Shown in pieces: positions 28,997 to 38,934 of a stretch of DNA of 57,052 bases. A program made the translations under genes and the position numbers. Below the pieces are notes generated by a model that saw nothing but the letters and a program-made list of their open reading frames with translations, searched no databases and was not told the origin of the DNA. The DNA is from an uncultured virus (IMG/VR IMGVR_UViG_3300028393_000031). Taxonomy: Duplodnaviria > Heunggongvirae > Uroviricota > Caudoviricetes. The DNA is taken from IMG/VR virus record IMGVR_UViG_3300028393_000031, one strand, 5' to 3'. The stretch's first letter is position 1. Each line of letters starts with the position of its first letter.

Positions 28997-31900
28997 ATGG
29001 CATTAGTATCACCAGGCTTAGAAATCTCGATAATTGACGAGAGCGCATACCTACCCACCGGAGTAGGCACAATACCTTTTGTAGTTTTTGCTACAGCTGA
29101 GAATAAAACACTTAGTGGAAAAATAGCACCAGGAACTTTAAAAAGTAATGCAGGGAAATTATACGGTATTAGCAGTCAACGCGAATTAGCAAATACATTT
29201 GGGTATCCTATTTTCCGTAGAAGTACTGCCGATACTGCATTACACGGACACGAATTAAATGAATATGGAATTATGGCAGCATATAGTGCATTGGGTTTAG
29301 GCAATCGTGTCTGGGCAATGCGTGCCGATGTTGATCTTAACTCCCTAATAGGAACTTCAATCCGCCCGCAAGGTGAAAGTGCAGACGGCACAGTTTGGTT
29401 GGATACCTCTACTACTAAATTTGGTATTTGGGAATATACAGCAGATACTGATAGTTTTGAAGAAAAAACCCCAATTCTAATTACTTCTTCTGCACAAACT
29501 GTATCGGGATCGGTTGTTCCAAAATCATCAATTGGATCTATTGGCTCGTATGCAGTTGATGTATTTTCAAATAACAATTATATATTTTACAAACAGAGTA
29601 ATAATACATGGAAACAAGTAGGAAGTTCGGCTTGGTCAGACGCAGTACCTGTAGTTACAAGTACAACTTCGTCGGTTGATATTCCTAAAGGAAGTCGAGT
29701 AAAAATGAATTTTGCCGGCAACGGTGGCGAAATTGTGTTTAATAATCACATTACTACTATGGCAGACTTGGCAACCTACATCAACGGCGATGTATCAGGA
29801 TGGGTAGGTAATGTTGCTATTACAGCAAGTGTTGTAAGCGGCCGCCTGGCATTGTTTGCAGAGATTGGAGCAACAAATCAGGATACAGCCACTGATGGTT
29901 ATAGCGTTGGTGTTATTAATATCGAAGATTCAACTATTGCAAATGTTGCTTCCACAGCATTGGTTACTGGCGTAAGATATAAAATCATTACACCAGGCGC
30001 ACAAGATTGGACAGTATGTGGAGCCACTGATAGTGCTGCAAATACTGAATTTGTTGCGACCAATGTTGGATCAGATGTAGCCGCAATTGCACAGCCAATA
30101 GTACTTCATAATTTAAGTTCAATTGGCATAGATTCTTATGTATATGGTCGTGCAACAGTCGAGTATGCATCATTTGCACAAGTTCCGCAGTGGACTGAAT
30201 TTGATCCTATTGCTCGTCCTAGCAAGAGCGTATGGATTAAAACATCTCAACAAGGTGGCGGTGCTAATTTTACTATTAAAAAATACAGTGCTCCTTCGGA
30301 AACATGGAAGCCAGTTATAGCACCTTTATATTCTAGTGCATATCCTGTATTAGCTAATTTAGATCGTGTAGGTGGCGGCGGCAATATCCCGGTTGGCACA
30401 TTCTTTGTTAAGTACGATTCGCAAAATAACGGAATTGGAAGTTTCACAATTTATACACTAAGTAAAAAAGGTGCAACTAAAGTTGTAGGATCTACTATTC
30501 CTGGAGCACTTGCTTTTACAAGTGGTCATACATTTGATATGATAGTATCGGTAACTGGTAGCGACACGCCTAGTACACATTCATGTACTTTAAACGGTGC
30601 AAGTCCTAGCGATTTTGTTGCAGCTATCTTAGCGGCAGGAAACAATGATGTTACAGCAACAGTTGAACAAACTGGTGCAATTTCTATTACACATCGTTCT
30701 GGTGGTATTATTAGTTTGATAAACACAACACAAGGTGGTAATCCAGTATCAACAGCTGGATTTACAACTTCAACAGAAGGTGTAGTTTCTAACATTGTAT
30801 CTAGTACAATTAACTTAACAAACTGGAGACCTGCTGTTTATACATACAGTTCTACAGAACCATCTACTGCACCTGCAAATGGTACACATTGGTATTATGA
30901 TGATGCAACCGCAGTTGATATAATGATTTGTGGATCAGATGGATGGAAAGGTTATCAAAATATAACTCGCGATGGTCGCGGATACGATTTATCAATGACT
31001 GATCCTAATGGAGTTATTGTAACTCCATCGAAGCCAACTTCACAAAGTAATAATGCAGGATTAACTCCGGGCGATCTATGGTTGGATACTGGTGATTTAC
31101 AAAATTATCCAAAATTGAATAGATATAACGGAACAATTTGGGTGCCAATTGATAAAACCGATCATACAAGTTCTAATGGAATTATTTTTGCAGATGCACG
31201 TTGGGACGATTCGGGTACAACCGATACAGTAACTGGTACTATACCAAGTACAAAAACATTGTTAACCTCAAATTATATTGATTTAGATGCACCTGACTAC
31301 AGACTATATCCACGTGGTACATTATTGTTTAATACAAGACGCAGTGGATATATTGTTAAAAAGTTTGTACAAGACTATTTTAATACAAACTCATTTAATG
31401 TGACTGCTGGTGATTTACCAGATGTTACATCAACATGGGTATCTGAAATTCACTTGAACGAAGATGGTTCTCCAATGATGGGGCATAAAGCACAACGTAG
31501 CGTTGTAGTTGCAGCATTGAAGGCAGCAGTTGACGGTAGTAATGATCTAAGAGAAGAAGCATACGCATATAATTTATTAGCTTGCCCGGGCTATCCTGAG
31601 GTAATTGTTAATTTAGTAGCGTTGAATAACGATCGTGCTAACACTGGCTTTATTATTGGTGACACACCAATGACATTGGCAGCTAATATGACCGACATTA
31701 CCAAATATGATGCAGCACAAACAACGGCAGATCCATACTTGGGTGTATACTATCCTAGCGCATTGAGCACCGATTTAGCAGGCAATGAAATTGCAGTGCC
31801 AGCAAGTCATATGATGTTGCGTACATTCTTGCATAGTGATAATTTAAGTTACCAATGGTTTGCGCCAGCTGGCACACGACGTGGTCTAATAGACAATGTT

Positions 31901-32404
31901 ACTGCAATTGGTTATCTTGATGAAAATAGTGGATTGTTTATTCGTTCTGGTATTAGTCATCAAATGAGAGATACTTTGTACGAAAAGAGACTTAATCCTA
32001 TTACACAATTACAAGGTGCCGGCATTGTAGCATATGGTCAAAAGACTCGTGCTCCATCAGTTGGCGGCGGCGGTAGTGCAATGGATCGTGTTAATGTAGC
32101 ACGTTTAGTTAACTACTTACGTACAGTATTGCGCGGTGTTGCTAATAGCTTCTTGTTTGAGCCAAATGATAAAATTGTACGTGATCAAGTTAAACAATTA
32201 GTTGAAAGCGTGTTGAATGATTTGATTGCAAAACGCGGATTGTATGACTACTTGGTAGTATGCGATATAAGCAACAATACAGCAGATCGTATTGCTCGTA
32301 ATGAGTTGTATGTTGATGTTGCAATTGAACCAATGAAAGATGTTGAGTTTATTTATATTCCAATTAGACTTAAAAATCCTGGATCAATTAATGGATTGAA
32401 ATAA
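28997..32404 (+). CDS. gp18: Tail sheath protein (gp18-like), enlarged
   Basis: MALVSPGLEISIIDES N-terminus; C-terminal WFAPAGTRRG, LNPI, GQKT, DRVNVARL, FLFEPND, VVCDISNN, AIEPMKDVEFIYI. Confidence 0.95.
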   Translation: MALVSPGLEISIIDESAYLPTGVGTIPFVVFATAENKTLSGKIAPGTLKSNAGKLYGISSQRELANTFGYPIFRRSTADTALHGHELNEYGIMAAYSALGLGNRVWAMRADVDLNSLIGTSIRPQGESADGTVWLDTSTTKFGIWEYTADTDSFEEKTPILITSSAQTVSGSVVPKSSIGSIGSYAVDVFSNNNYIFYKQSNNTWKQVGSSAWSDAVPVVTSTTSSVDIPKGSRVKMNFAGNGGEIVFNNHITTMADLATYINGDVSGWVGNVAITASVVSGRLALFAEIGATNQDTATDGYSVGVINIEDSTIANVASTALVTGVRYKIITPGAQDWTVCGATDSAANTEFVATNVGSDVAAIAQPIVLHNLSSIGIDSYVYGRATVEYASFAQVPQWTEFDPIARPSKSVWIKTSQQGGGANFTIKKYSAPSETWKPVIAPLYSSAYPVLANLDRVGGGGNIPVGTFFVKYDSQNNGIGSFTIYTLSKKGATKVVGSTIPGALAFTSGHTFDMIVSVTGSDTPSTHSCTLNGASPSDFVAAILAAGNNDVTATVEQTGAISITHRSGGIISLINTTQGGNPVSTAGFTTSTEGVVSNIVSSTINLTNWRPAVYTYSSTEPSTAPANGTHWYYDDATAVDIMICGSDGWKGYQNITRDGRGYDLSMTDPNGVIVTPSKPTSQSNNAGLTPGDLWLDTGDLQNYPKLNRYNGTIWVPIDKTDHTSSNGIIFADARWDDSGTTDTVTGTIPSTKTLLTSNYIDLDAPDYRLYPRGTLLFNTRRSGYIVKKFVQDYFNTNSFNVTAGDLPDVTSTWVSEIHLNEDGSPMMGHKAQRSVVVAALKAAVDGSNDLREEAYAYNLLACPGYPEVIVNLVALNNDRANTGFIIGDTPMTLAANMTDITKYDAAQTTADPYLGVYYPSALSTDLAGNEIAVPASHMMLRTFLHSDNLSYQWFAPAGTRRGLIDNVTAIGYLDENSGLFIRSGISHQMRDTLYEKRLNPITQLQGAGIVAYGQKTRAPSVGGGGSAMDRVNVARLVNYLRTVLRGVANSFLFEPNDKIVRDQVKQLVESVLNDLIAKRGLYDYLVVCDISNNTADRIARNELYVDVAIEPMKDVEFIYIPIRLKNPGSINGLK

Positions 32405-32413
32405 CATTTTGAT

Positions 32414-32444
32414 CAAAACAGGTGCAATTATTGCACCTGTTTTG
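32414..32444 (+). terminator. Intrinsic terminator after the sheath gene
   Basis: Perfect 15-bp inverted repeat CAAAACAGGTGCAAT/ATTGCACCTGTTTTG. Confidence 0.8.
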
Positions 32445-32516
32445 TTAATTTGTGTGTTTCATTAAAGCTAGTGTTAATGACAAATTTGGCCAATAGTTTT
32501 TTTGTTCGAAATGTCA

Positions 32517-32522
32517 TAAATA
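32517..32522 (+). promoter_or_regulatory. Late promoter for the tail tube gene
   Basis: ATAAATA upstream of SD AGGAG. Confidence 0.7.
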
Positions 32523-32547
32523 TTTTTATAAGAATTAGGAGAATAGT

Positions 32548-33168
32548 ATGGCAATTGCCTCGCTTACAAAATTTACAGTACCGTTAAACACTAGTACCAG
32601 TTCTAGTACACAGGGCCTATTGATGCCTAAACTGCAATATCGTTTCAGAGTCAGCTTTGAAGGATTTGGAGTTAGTGCAGATAAAGTAGAATTAACAAAA
32701 CAAGTAATGTCATTTGCTAGACCGTCGGTTAGTTTTGGAGACATCGATGTTCATGTTTATAACAGTTTAGTCAGATTAGCAGGTAAGCCAACCTGGGCTG
32801 ATACAACGGTTACATTACGTGATGATGCAGCCGGTAACGTAAGTAGATTGGTTGGCGAACAGTTACAAAAGCAATTTGACTTTATGGAACAAAGTAGTGC
32901 TGCTAGCGGTAGTGACTACAAATTTGTTACCCGTTTAGAAATGCTAGATGGCGGCAACGGAGCAGATGATCCGGCAGTACTAGAAACTTGGGAACTATAT
33001 GGTTGTTTCTTACATGAAGCAAACTATCAAGAAGTTAACTATGCTAATAACGAAGTTGTACAAATACAATTAGGCATACGATTTGATAATGCAAATCAGA
33101 ATGCTGGTGAAGGTGTTGGCACACCGGTTGGGCGTACCGCTGGTGACTCGATTACTGGTACATCTTAA
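32548..33168 (+). CDS. gp19: Tail tube protein (gp19-like)
   Basis: 206 aa directly after the sheath; PKLQYRFRV, AGKPTW.D.TVTLRDD, WELYGCF, IRFDNA. Confidence 0.88.
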   Translation: MAIASLTKFTVPLNTSTSSSTQGLLMPKLQYRFRVSFEGFGVSADKVELTKQVMSFARPSVSFGDIDVHVYNSLVRLAGKPTWADTTVTLRDDAAGNVSRLVGEQLQKQFDFMEQSSAASGSDYKFVTRLEMLDGGNGADDPAVLETWELYGCFLHEANYQEVNYANNEVVQIQLGIRFDNANQNAGEGVGTPVGRTAGDSITGTS

Positions 33169-33183
33169 TAGTATTAAGACAAT

Positions 33184-33213
33184 AAAAAAAAGGATCCTTT
33201 GGGTCCTTTTTTT
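33184..33213 (+). terminator. Intrinsic (probably bidirectional) terminator
   Basis: A-tract, AGGATCC-TTT-GGGTCCT, T-tract. Confidence 0.85.
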
Positions 33214-33219
33214 ATGAGA

Positions 33220-33234
33220 TAAATATTATAAATA
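33220..33234 (+). promoter_or_regulatory. Late promoter(s)
   Basis: TAAATA at 33220-33225 and TATAAATA at 33227-33234, before ATG 33244. Confidence 0.7.
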
Positions 33235-33243
33235 GGTGCATTT

Positions 33244-34875
33244 ATGGCTGATACATTCCCTGACCGTCCTACACCATACCCTGGTGATCCAAGAATACCT
33301 CCTGCACGGACATGGGGTCCGGGGCCCGAACCACGTAAAAAATCAAAAAATTATCCAATATTAAAAGACTACGCTCATGCAAGTAAATTGTATGTAGGAG
33401 ATGGATATAGGTTACTTCCAAAATTTGGATTTTTATTCCATGTATTCATTGATATAAATCCAGGAGCAGATTCTCAAGATGCCGGAAACCCTCTTGTAAC
33501 AGCCGAACTTGGTATGCTAGCAAAATCGGCCGATTTACCAAAATATTCAATGGAGACAAAAACTTTTAATACATATAACAGAACTACAGTTATACAAAGT
33601 AAAGTAAAGTACGATCCTATTACTATAGTGTTCAATGACGATAGTGCCAACGTTGTTAGAAACTTTTGGAGTAAATATTTTAAATATTATTATAGAGATA
33701 GTGATTATGATTTAACCCAAGCAGCGATAACACAAAAATACAGTAATCAACAAATCGTAGACTTTGGCCTTACTCCTGATAAAGCAATGCCTTTTTTAAA
33801 AGCTATTCGAATTTATAGTTTACATCAAAAAGAATTCAGCGAATATATATTAGTTAATCCTATCATTAAAAATTTCAAACATGGTCAACACCAACAAGGT
33901 GAAAATGAAACTTTGAAACACGAAATGACTATTGAGTATGAGGCCGTTATATATCAGTCTGGTACTACCACTCTAGGCGGTGACCCAAAAGGAATTGCAA
34001 CATTGCATTACGATAACAGACCTAGTCCTCTGAAAAATAAAACTGGTTATAAAGTTGACCGAGGAAATAATAAAATTAATTCAATTATACCAAGGGCAAG
34101 TAATTCGGGCATAATGGGTAATAAGATGTTTTCTAGTATGTCGGGATTGAATGCATTGAGAAGTGGATCATTGAAAGATGCACTGCCGGAAAATTTAACC
34201 GGTGCTGTAACTGATGGGTTGAAACAGGGAAATCCTGGTATCAGTACATTTATTCCCAGTATATTGAATAGTAATGGCATAATATCAACGCCATTTGGTG
34301 GAATAAACTTAAAGAATAGTATAGTAAAATTAGCCAGCGGTCAAAATCCGTTGCCAACTGCGTTTGACTTAAAACAAGGATTAAAATCAATTATAGGAGG
34401 AAAGCTGAGTAGCTTTACTAGACTATTTCCTAAAAATAGCATCGGACAAGCATTGGCACAAGTAGCTGTATCAAAAACAATGAAAATAGTAAATAATGAA
34501 CTAGGTAACAAATCACCAACAAATCAGGAACGTGTAAATGTGTCAGCAAAGAAAAGAGTAATTGATAGTAAAATCACAGCATTAACTGCACAACAAAAAA
34601 ATATAAGCACCGCTGCCACTAGAGCCGATACACAATTAAAAAATTCAACCGCATCATTGGCAGCACTTAATTCAAAACTCGCAGCAGCCAAAGCATTGCC
34701 AGACACAAGTCCAGCTAAAGCAGCATTATTAACGCAAATACAAAGAGATATAAAATTACAATCTAGTATTAAAGATAAAGCAACCACAGAAAAAACAGCA
34801 AAAACAAATGAGTTAGCTAAAGTTACTCAACAGATTGCGGCTGCAAAAGCAGAAAAAGATACAACCAAAAAATAG
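33244..34875 (+). CDS. Tail-tube-fold baseplate/tube initiator protein (gp54/gp48-like) with Lys/Ala coiled-coil tail
   Basis: KSADLPKYSMET..YDPITIVFNDD..LVNPII..MTIEYE tube-like fold in the N-half; follows gp19. Confidence 0.65.
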   Translation: MADTFPDRPTPYPGDPRIPPARTWGPGPEPRKKSKNYPILKDYAHASKLYVGDGYRLLPKFGFLFHVFIDINPGADSQDAGNPLVTAELGMLAKSADLPKYSMETKTFNTYNRTTVIQSKVKYDPITIVFNDDSANVVRNFWSKYFKYYYRDSDYDLTQAAITQKYSNQQIVDFGLTPDKAMPFLKAIRIYSLHQKEFSEYILVNPIIKNFKHGQHQQGENETLKHEMTIEYEAVIYQSGTTTLGGDPKGIATLHYDNRPSPLKNKTGYKVDRGNNKINSIIPRASNSGIMGNKMFSSMSGLNALRSGSLKDALPENLTGAVTDGLKQGNPGISTFIPSILNSNGIISTPFGGINLKNSIVKLASGQNPLPTAFDLKQGLKSIIGGKLSSFTRLFPKNSIGQALAQVAVSKTMKIVNNELGNKSPTNQERVNVSAKKRVIDSKITALTAQQKNISTAATRADTQLKNSTASLAALNSKLAAAKALPDTSPAKAALLTQIQRDIKLQSSIKDKATTEKTAKTNELAKVTQQIAAAKAEKDTTKK

Positions 34876-34877
34876 AT

Positions 34878-35249
34878 ATGGCAAGCCCTAATAATTTATC
34901 CGAATCCGTGTTGTCAGGGAATACAACAACATTGACATTCTTTAATAACTTTTTCCAACCGGGATTTACAGTATCGCAAAACATTGACGATGCTGTGCTG
35001 GGATTCTTTGAACAAATATGCAATAATAAACAAGCTGCAAAAATTTTAGCCAGTTCTATTATATACACAAGTATAGCACAAAGATTAGATCCAATGGATA
35101 TATTAGCTAACTTTTCTAAAATGGATAATCTAGAACTAAACGCATACATAACAATGTTTTTAAACTTAAACAGAGTAGGAACAAGTTTTTTAGGTGTAAA
35201 AAACTCACCTAGGGTTAGCAAATACGTAAAAAGAATGATACTTCCATGA
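34878..35249 (+). CDS. Hypothetical protein in the tail/head operon
   Basis: 123 aa, tightly packed, ATGA overlap with gp4. Confidence 0.7.
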   Translation: MASPNNLSESVLSGNTTTLTFFNNFFQPGFTVSQNIDDAVLGFFEQICNNKQAAKILASSIIYTSIAQRLDPMDILANFSKMDNLELNAYITMFLNLNRVGTSFLGVKNSPRVSKYVKRMILP

Positions 35250-35677
35250 GCAAATATGCACAAGGTAAGTACCAAATAAAACATATAGAAAAATATATAG
35301 GAAAGAAAACTCCTACTTATCGTAGTTCGTGGGAGTTTTCTTTTTGTACATTCTGTGATAATAATCCTGCGGTAATACAATGGGCAAGCGAACCATTTAT
35401 GATTCCTTATAGAAATCCGTTAACAGGAAAAAATACCATCTATGTGCCAGACTTTCTTATGATTTACATAGACAAGTCGCAGAAAAAACATGCTGAAGTG
35501 GTCGAAGTTAAACCAATGAAGGAAACTAACTTTGAGAGTGCTAAAAGTGTTAGAGATAAGGCAGCAGTTGCATTAAACATGGCCAAATGGGCTGCCGCCC
35601 GTGCATTTTGCGCCAACAGTGGAATGGTATTTCGTATAGTAACAGAACACGACATTTACACCGGTACCCGACGTTAA
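35246..35677 (+). CDS. gp4: Head completion nuclease (T4 gp4/gp50-like, TnsA-type fold)
   Basis: KYIG..TYRSSWE..FCD.NP..WASE..IPY..YVPDF..EVKP..N.AKWAAA..FRIVTE. Confidence 0.9.
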   Translation: MSKYAQGKYQIKHIEKYIGKKTPTYRSSWEFSFCTFCDNNPAVIQWASEPFMIPYRNPLTGKNTIYVPDFLMIYIDKSQKKHAEVVEVKPMKETNFESAKSVRDKAAVALNMAKWAAARAFCANSGMVFRIVTEHDIYTGTRR

Positions 35678-35704
35678 AAATAAATAACAAAAAGGGGAAA
35701 TAAA

Positions 35705-36223
35705 ATTACCAAACGTTTAGAAGAACTATTCAATTTGCCTGCCGATGAGCAAATAGAACAACCCGAAATTCATATCAATACTGCAAAATCTATAATTGAT
35801 AACAATCAAGCAGAACTCGTACGTGCAAATGATATTATTGATAAGATTGATGCAGCATTACCACAAGTGTCAGATTTAGATAGCGCCGACGACGAGTTAG
35901 ATGAACTTAGCAATATAGCTAGAGAAAAATTTGAAGACCTAATGAGCTTAGGGATGAATGTTGAAGCCAGATTTAGCGGCACCATATTACAAACAGCTGG
36001 CGTACTATTAGGGCATGCAATTACAGCTAAACAAGCAAAAATTGATAAAAAACTAAGAATGATAGATCTACAATTGAAAAAAATGAGATTAGATCAAGCA
36101 GCCGACAGTAAAAATTCTGATCCTAGATTGCCCACAATTGATGGACAAGCTACAGTAATAGATCGCAATCAGTTATTGGCACAAATTTTAGAATCATCCA
36201 AAGCAGCAAAGTCTGTCAAATGA
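35705..36223 (+). CDS. Probable terminase small subunit (gp16-like), likely ATT start
   Basis: Helical protein with a gp16-like central segment. SD AGGGG sits 7 nt before the in-frame ATT at 35705 (giving MTKRLEELFNLP). Late promoter TAAATA at 35681. Confidence 0.55.
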   Translation: MTKRLEELFNLPADEQIEQPEIHINTAKSIIDNNQAELVRANDIIDKIDAALPQVSDLDSADDELDELSNIAREKFEDLMSLGMNVEARFSGTILQTAGVLLGHAITAKQAKIDKKLRMIDLQLKKMRLDQAADSKNSDPRLPTIDGQATVIDRNQLLAQILESSKAAKSVK

Positions 36224-36231
36224 TATAAATA
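36224..36231 (+). promoter_or_regulatory. Late promoter
   Basis: TATAAATA before SD AGGA and ATG 36253. Confidence 0.75.
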
Positions 36232-36252
36232 CTCTATATTAGGATCTTTCCA

Positions 36253-36834
36253 ATGAAACCTTTCACCCAATATTTACAAGAAATGAATCGGCTATACGAG
36301 TTTAATATTAAACTTGCTGGCTGTGACTATAACACCGAAATGCAAAGCAAATTAAAAAATGCTATGGAAATTTATGCTGTTGAAACTGTTGGCAAAGCAA
36401 AGAGCTTGCCAATTCAAGAGCACATAGATTTTCCAGGTCAGGGTGCATGCGAGTGCCATATGATTGATGTAGCACTTAAATATCCTGTTGTAACTGATCA
36501 GTTACAACAAGTTGTTGCCGAAAAGCTAGGTATCCCCCGTCAGCGTGTGTTAGTGAGAACTAAAACACAAGCCGAGAACGCAGAGCCAATGCCAGAACCA
36601 AAAAAAGCTAAAGATGGATCTGTATTAAGCAACCCTGATTTAGAATCAGACGACGGTGCTCAACTATTAGTTGGTGAAAAACGCAAAGAAAGTATGCTAA
36701 AAGAATTAGAGAGCCGTAAGTATGAATTTGCTGCCGACGCTCCGTTGACCAAATCTCCTGCAATCAATCAAGGTAATACAAGCCCAGTTGGTTCAAAACA
36801 AAACACAATACCTAACCTACGTAAAGGAAAATAA
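36253..36834 (+). CDS. Hypothetical late protein, candidate prohead core/internal protein
   Basis: 193 aa; N-terminus MKPFTQYLQE resembles the T4 capsid-targeting sequence. Confidence 0.7.
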   Translation: MKPFTQYLQEMNRLYEFNIKLAGCDYNTEMQSKLKNAMEIYAVETVGKAKSLPIQEHIDFPGQGACECHMIDVALKYPVVTDQLQQVVAEKLGIPRQRVLVRTKTQAENAEPMPEPKKAKDGSVLSNPDLESDDGAQLLVGEKRKESMLKELESRKYEFAADAPLTKSPAINQGNTSPVGSKQNTIPNLRKGK

Positions 36835-36836
36835 TA

Positions 36837-38864
36837 ATGAATTTCGCAAAAATGATAGCAAAAATTGATAGTATAGAATCGGCATCCGCTGTAGGTGAGG
36901 GCAAAGGCGACGATATTGCCGACAAAGTAGCCAAGAAGAAAGAAGAGCGCGACGATCCGTTTAGCAGTTCTTACAAAGATAAAGACGAAAAATCCAGTGG
37001 TGTTACCCGAGTTAAAGGTACGAGCTATGGTAATCAAGATTCCGAAGATGGACATAAATCCGACGATGATAGCGATCAAGACGAAGACGGCAAAAAGAAA
37101 AAGAAGAAAAAGTCTAAATTAGAAGAAGCCAACGAATGTACTTGCACCGATGATAAAGAAGATACGGATTGCCCAGTCCACGGCGATCATGTAGAAGAAG
37201 CTATACATACAGGTGCTGCTTTAAAAAAATATCAAGATAATCGTTTTGCACCTCAAAACGAACCTGCAAAAGAAGTTGAAGAAAGTGGTAGTGTTGTTAA
37301 TCCAGTAATGATCCCTGCTATTAAGAGAAAGAGTAATGCAAGAGGAGGTAACTTCCCAATGAGTTTAGATCAAGTTCGTTCTGGAGAAATAGGACAGATA
37401 CAAAAACTTGCCGGAATTGGTAATAACAATTTTAACGGACTAAAGCCAGTTACTATGCCCAAAGGCCCGGCTGGTCCACGCGGATTAAATGAATCTTTTG
37501 GTCGGGCAATGGAAGAAGATCAATTAGATGAGATCAGTGATCAGTTAGCAAATGACACATACAATCAAAGACTGAATAATTATCGTGATGCTCAAAAATC
37601 TTCTGAAATGGTTCGATATAATCAAGCACAAAAAAATAAACCAGAAGATGATGTCCGCGCCCAGGCAGTTGCGGCGGCGGCCAAAGGGGGATATGTCTCG
37701 GGTCGAACCGACACTGGTGATTTTGAAGATCCAGAAAAACAAAAGCAGTATCAAATTCAACAAAACCAACAGCAGCGTAGTAGAGATCGAGTTGACCAAA
37801 AAACAGAAAATGATAGAGTTAAATGGTTAAATAATCAAAGATTACAACAAAATAGATTGAGCAAAGCTGGAGTAGCTGGCTCCTCTGCTAACGGTCAACT
37901 GGGTAATGTTAAGACTGGCGCACAGCCACCAGTAGATCCATCTAGAAACCAATACAACTACGAGAGCAAAATGGAAGAAGAACAAGTTGACGAAGTAGCA
38001 GCACCGGGACAACAAGATTGGGTTAAAGCAAATAAAGAACGCTTTATTAAACAATACGGCAAAGAAAAAGGTATGAGTACATTGTACGCCACAGCATGGA
38101 AACGTCATTATGCTGCCAACGAAAACAAAAATCTAGAAGAATGCTACGATCAAGCAATGATGGCTCAGCCAGAAGAAACCGGCATGAACATTAACAGTTC
38201 AATGGATACTAAAACTGGAAGTAAGTCACTGACTGTGTCTGCACAAGGGCAAGCAGCAGAAGAACTAGCTCAAATACTAAAACTTTCTGGCTTACTTGAT
38301 GGTGGTGCTAGTCATGAAATGGAACCAGAAGTTATTGATATTGAACTAGACGAATACGCTAACGAACCAAATCCAATTACGCAAAGTGCAGAAGTGCAAT
38401 TCAATGCAGGCAATGACTTGAATAGAAAAAAGCATAGTCAAACAGTTGGTGCACCAGTTGCAATTGGGAACCTAGCAGAACAACAAAAATTAGCCGAAAT
38501 TGAACGCAGACTAATGGCACAATTAAATGAACTAAAAGTTGTAAGCAAAAAGAAATTACCATCAATGGCCCACATTGAAAAAATGTGTAAAAAAGGAATG
38601 AGTGTGGCAGAAATTTGCAAAATGCATCCTGATTGCGACCGTGCAGAATTAAAACAAATGGTAGCTGATTGCAAAAAAACATTAGATGAAGCCAATACGG
38701 AATCTAAAAAAGAATTCTTAGCTCGTCAGGCAAGACTGGCGGCCGCAAGTGCTGAAACTGCAAAAGATCCAGCACGTTTAAAAAGAATGATGAATATTCC
38801 TGGATACTCAGCGGCAATGGATTTAGCTAAAAAAGCCGACACAGACGTTAAAAAGTCAAAATAA
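36837..38864 (+). CDS. Highly charged candidate internal head/core polyprotein
   Basis: 675 aa, low complexity, with many (L/V/M)-x-E motifs (LEE, VEE, LNE, LDE, VDE) separating unrelated segments. Confidence 0.65.
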   Translation: MNFAKMIAKIDSIESASAVGEGKGDDIADKVAKKKEERDDPFSSSYKDKDEKSSGVTRVKGTSYGNQDSEDGHKSDDDSDQDEDGKKKKKKKSKLEEANECTCTDDKEDTDCPVHGDHVEEAIHTGAALKKYQDNRFAPQNEPAKEVEESGSVVNPVMIPAIKRKSNARGGNFPMSLDQVRSGEIGQIQKLAGIGNNNFNGLKPVTMPKGPAGPRGLNESFGRAMEEDQLDEISDQLANDTYNQRLNNYRDAQKSSEMVRYNQAQKNKPEDDVRAQAVAAAAKGGYVSGRTDTGDFEDPEKQKQYQIQQNQQQRSRDRVDQKTENDRVKWLNNQRLQQNRLSKAGVAGSSANGQLGNVKTGAQPPVDPSRNQYNYESKMEEEQVDEVAAPGQQDWVKANKERFIKQYGKEKGMSTLYATAWKRHYAANENKNLEECYDQAMMAQPEETGMNINSSMDTKTGSKSLTVSAQGQAAEELAQILKLSGLLDGGASHEMEPEVIDIELDEYANEPNPITQSAEVQFNAGNDLNRKKHSQTVGAPVAIGNLAEQQKLAEIERRLMAQLNELKVVSKKKLPSMAHIEKMCKKGMSVAEICKMHPDCDRAELKQMVADCKKTLDEANTESKKEFLARQARLAAASAETAKDPARLKRMMNIPGYSAAMDLAKKADTDVKKSK

Positions 38865-38873
38865 TACAATTCG

Positions 38874-38901
38874 GGTGGCTATTGCTAACAAAATAGTCAC
38901 C
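38874..38901 (+). terminator. Hairpin between the internal-protein gene and the terminase
   Basis: GGTGGCTATT-8 nt-AATAGTCACC (one G-U pair), followed by the variant late promoter TATAAGTA at 38917-38924. Confidence 0.55.
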
Positions 38902-38934
38902 GGTTAATTATGTACATATAAGTACATTTAACTT

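Noticed and set aside
34823..35380. 185-aa minus-strand ORF
   Set aside because: Overlaps three well-supported plus-strand genes
35246..35677. Tn7 TnsA transposase
   Set aside because: Same fold, but size and context fit phage gp4; no other transposon genes or ends
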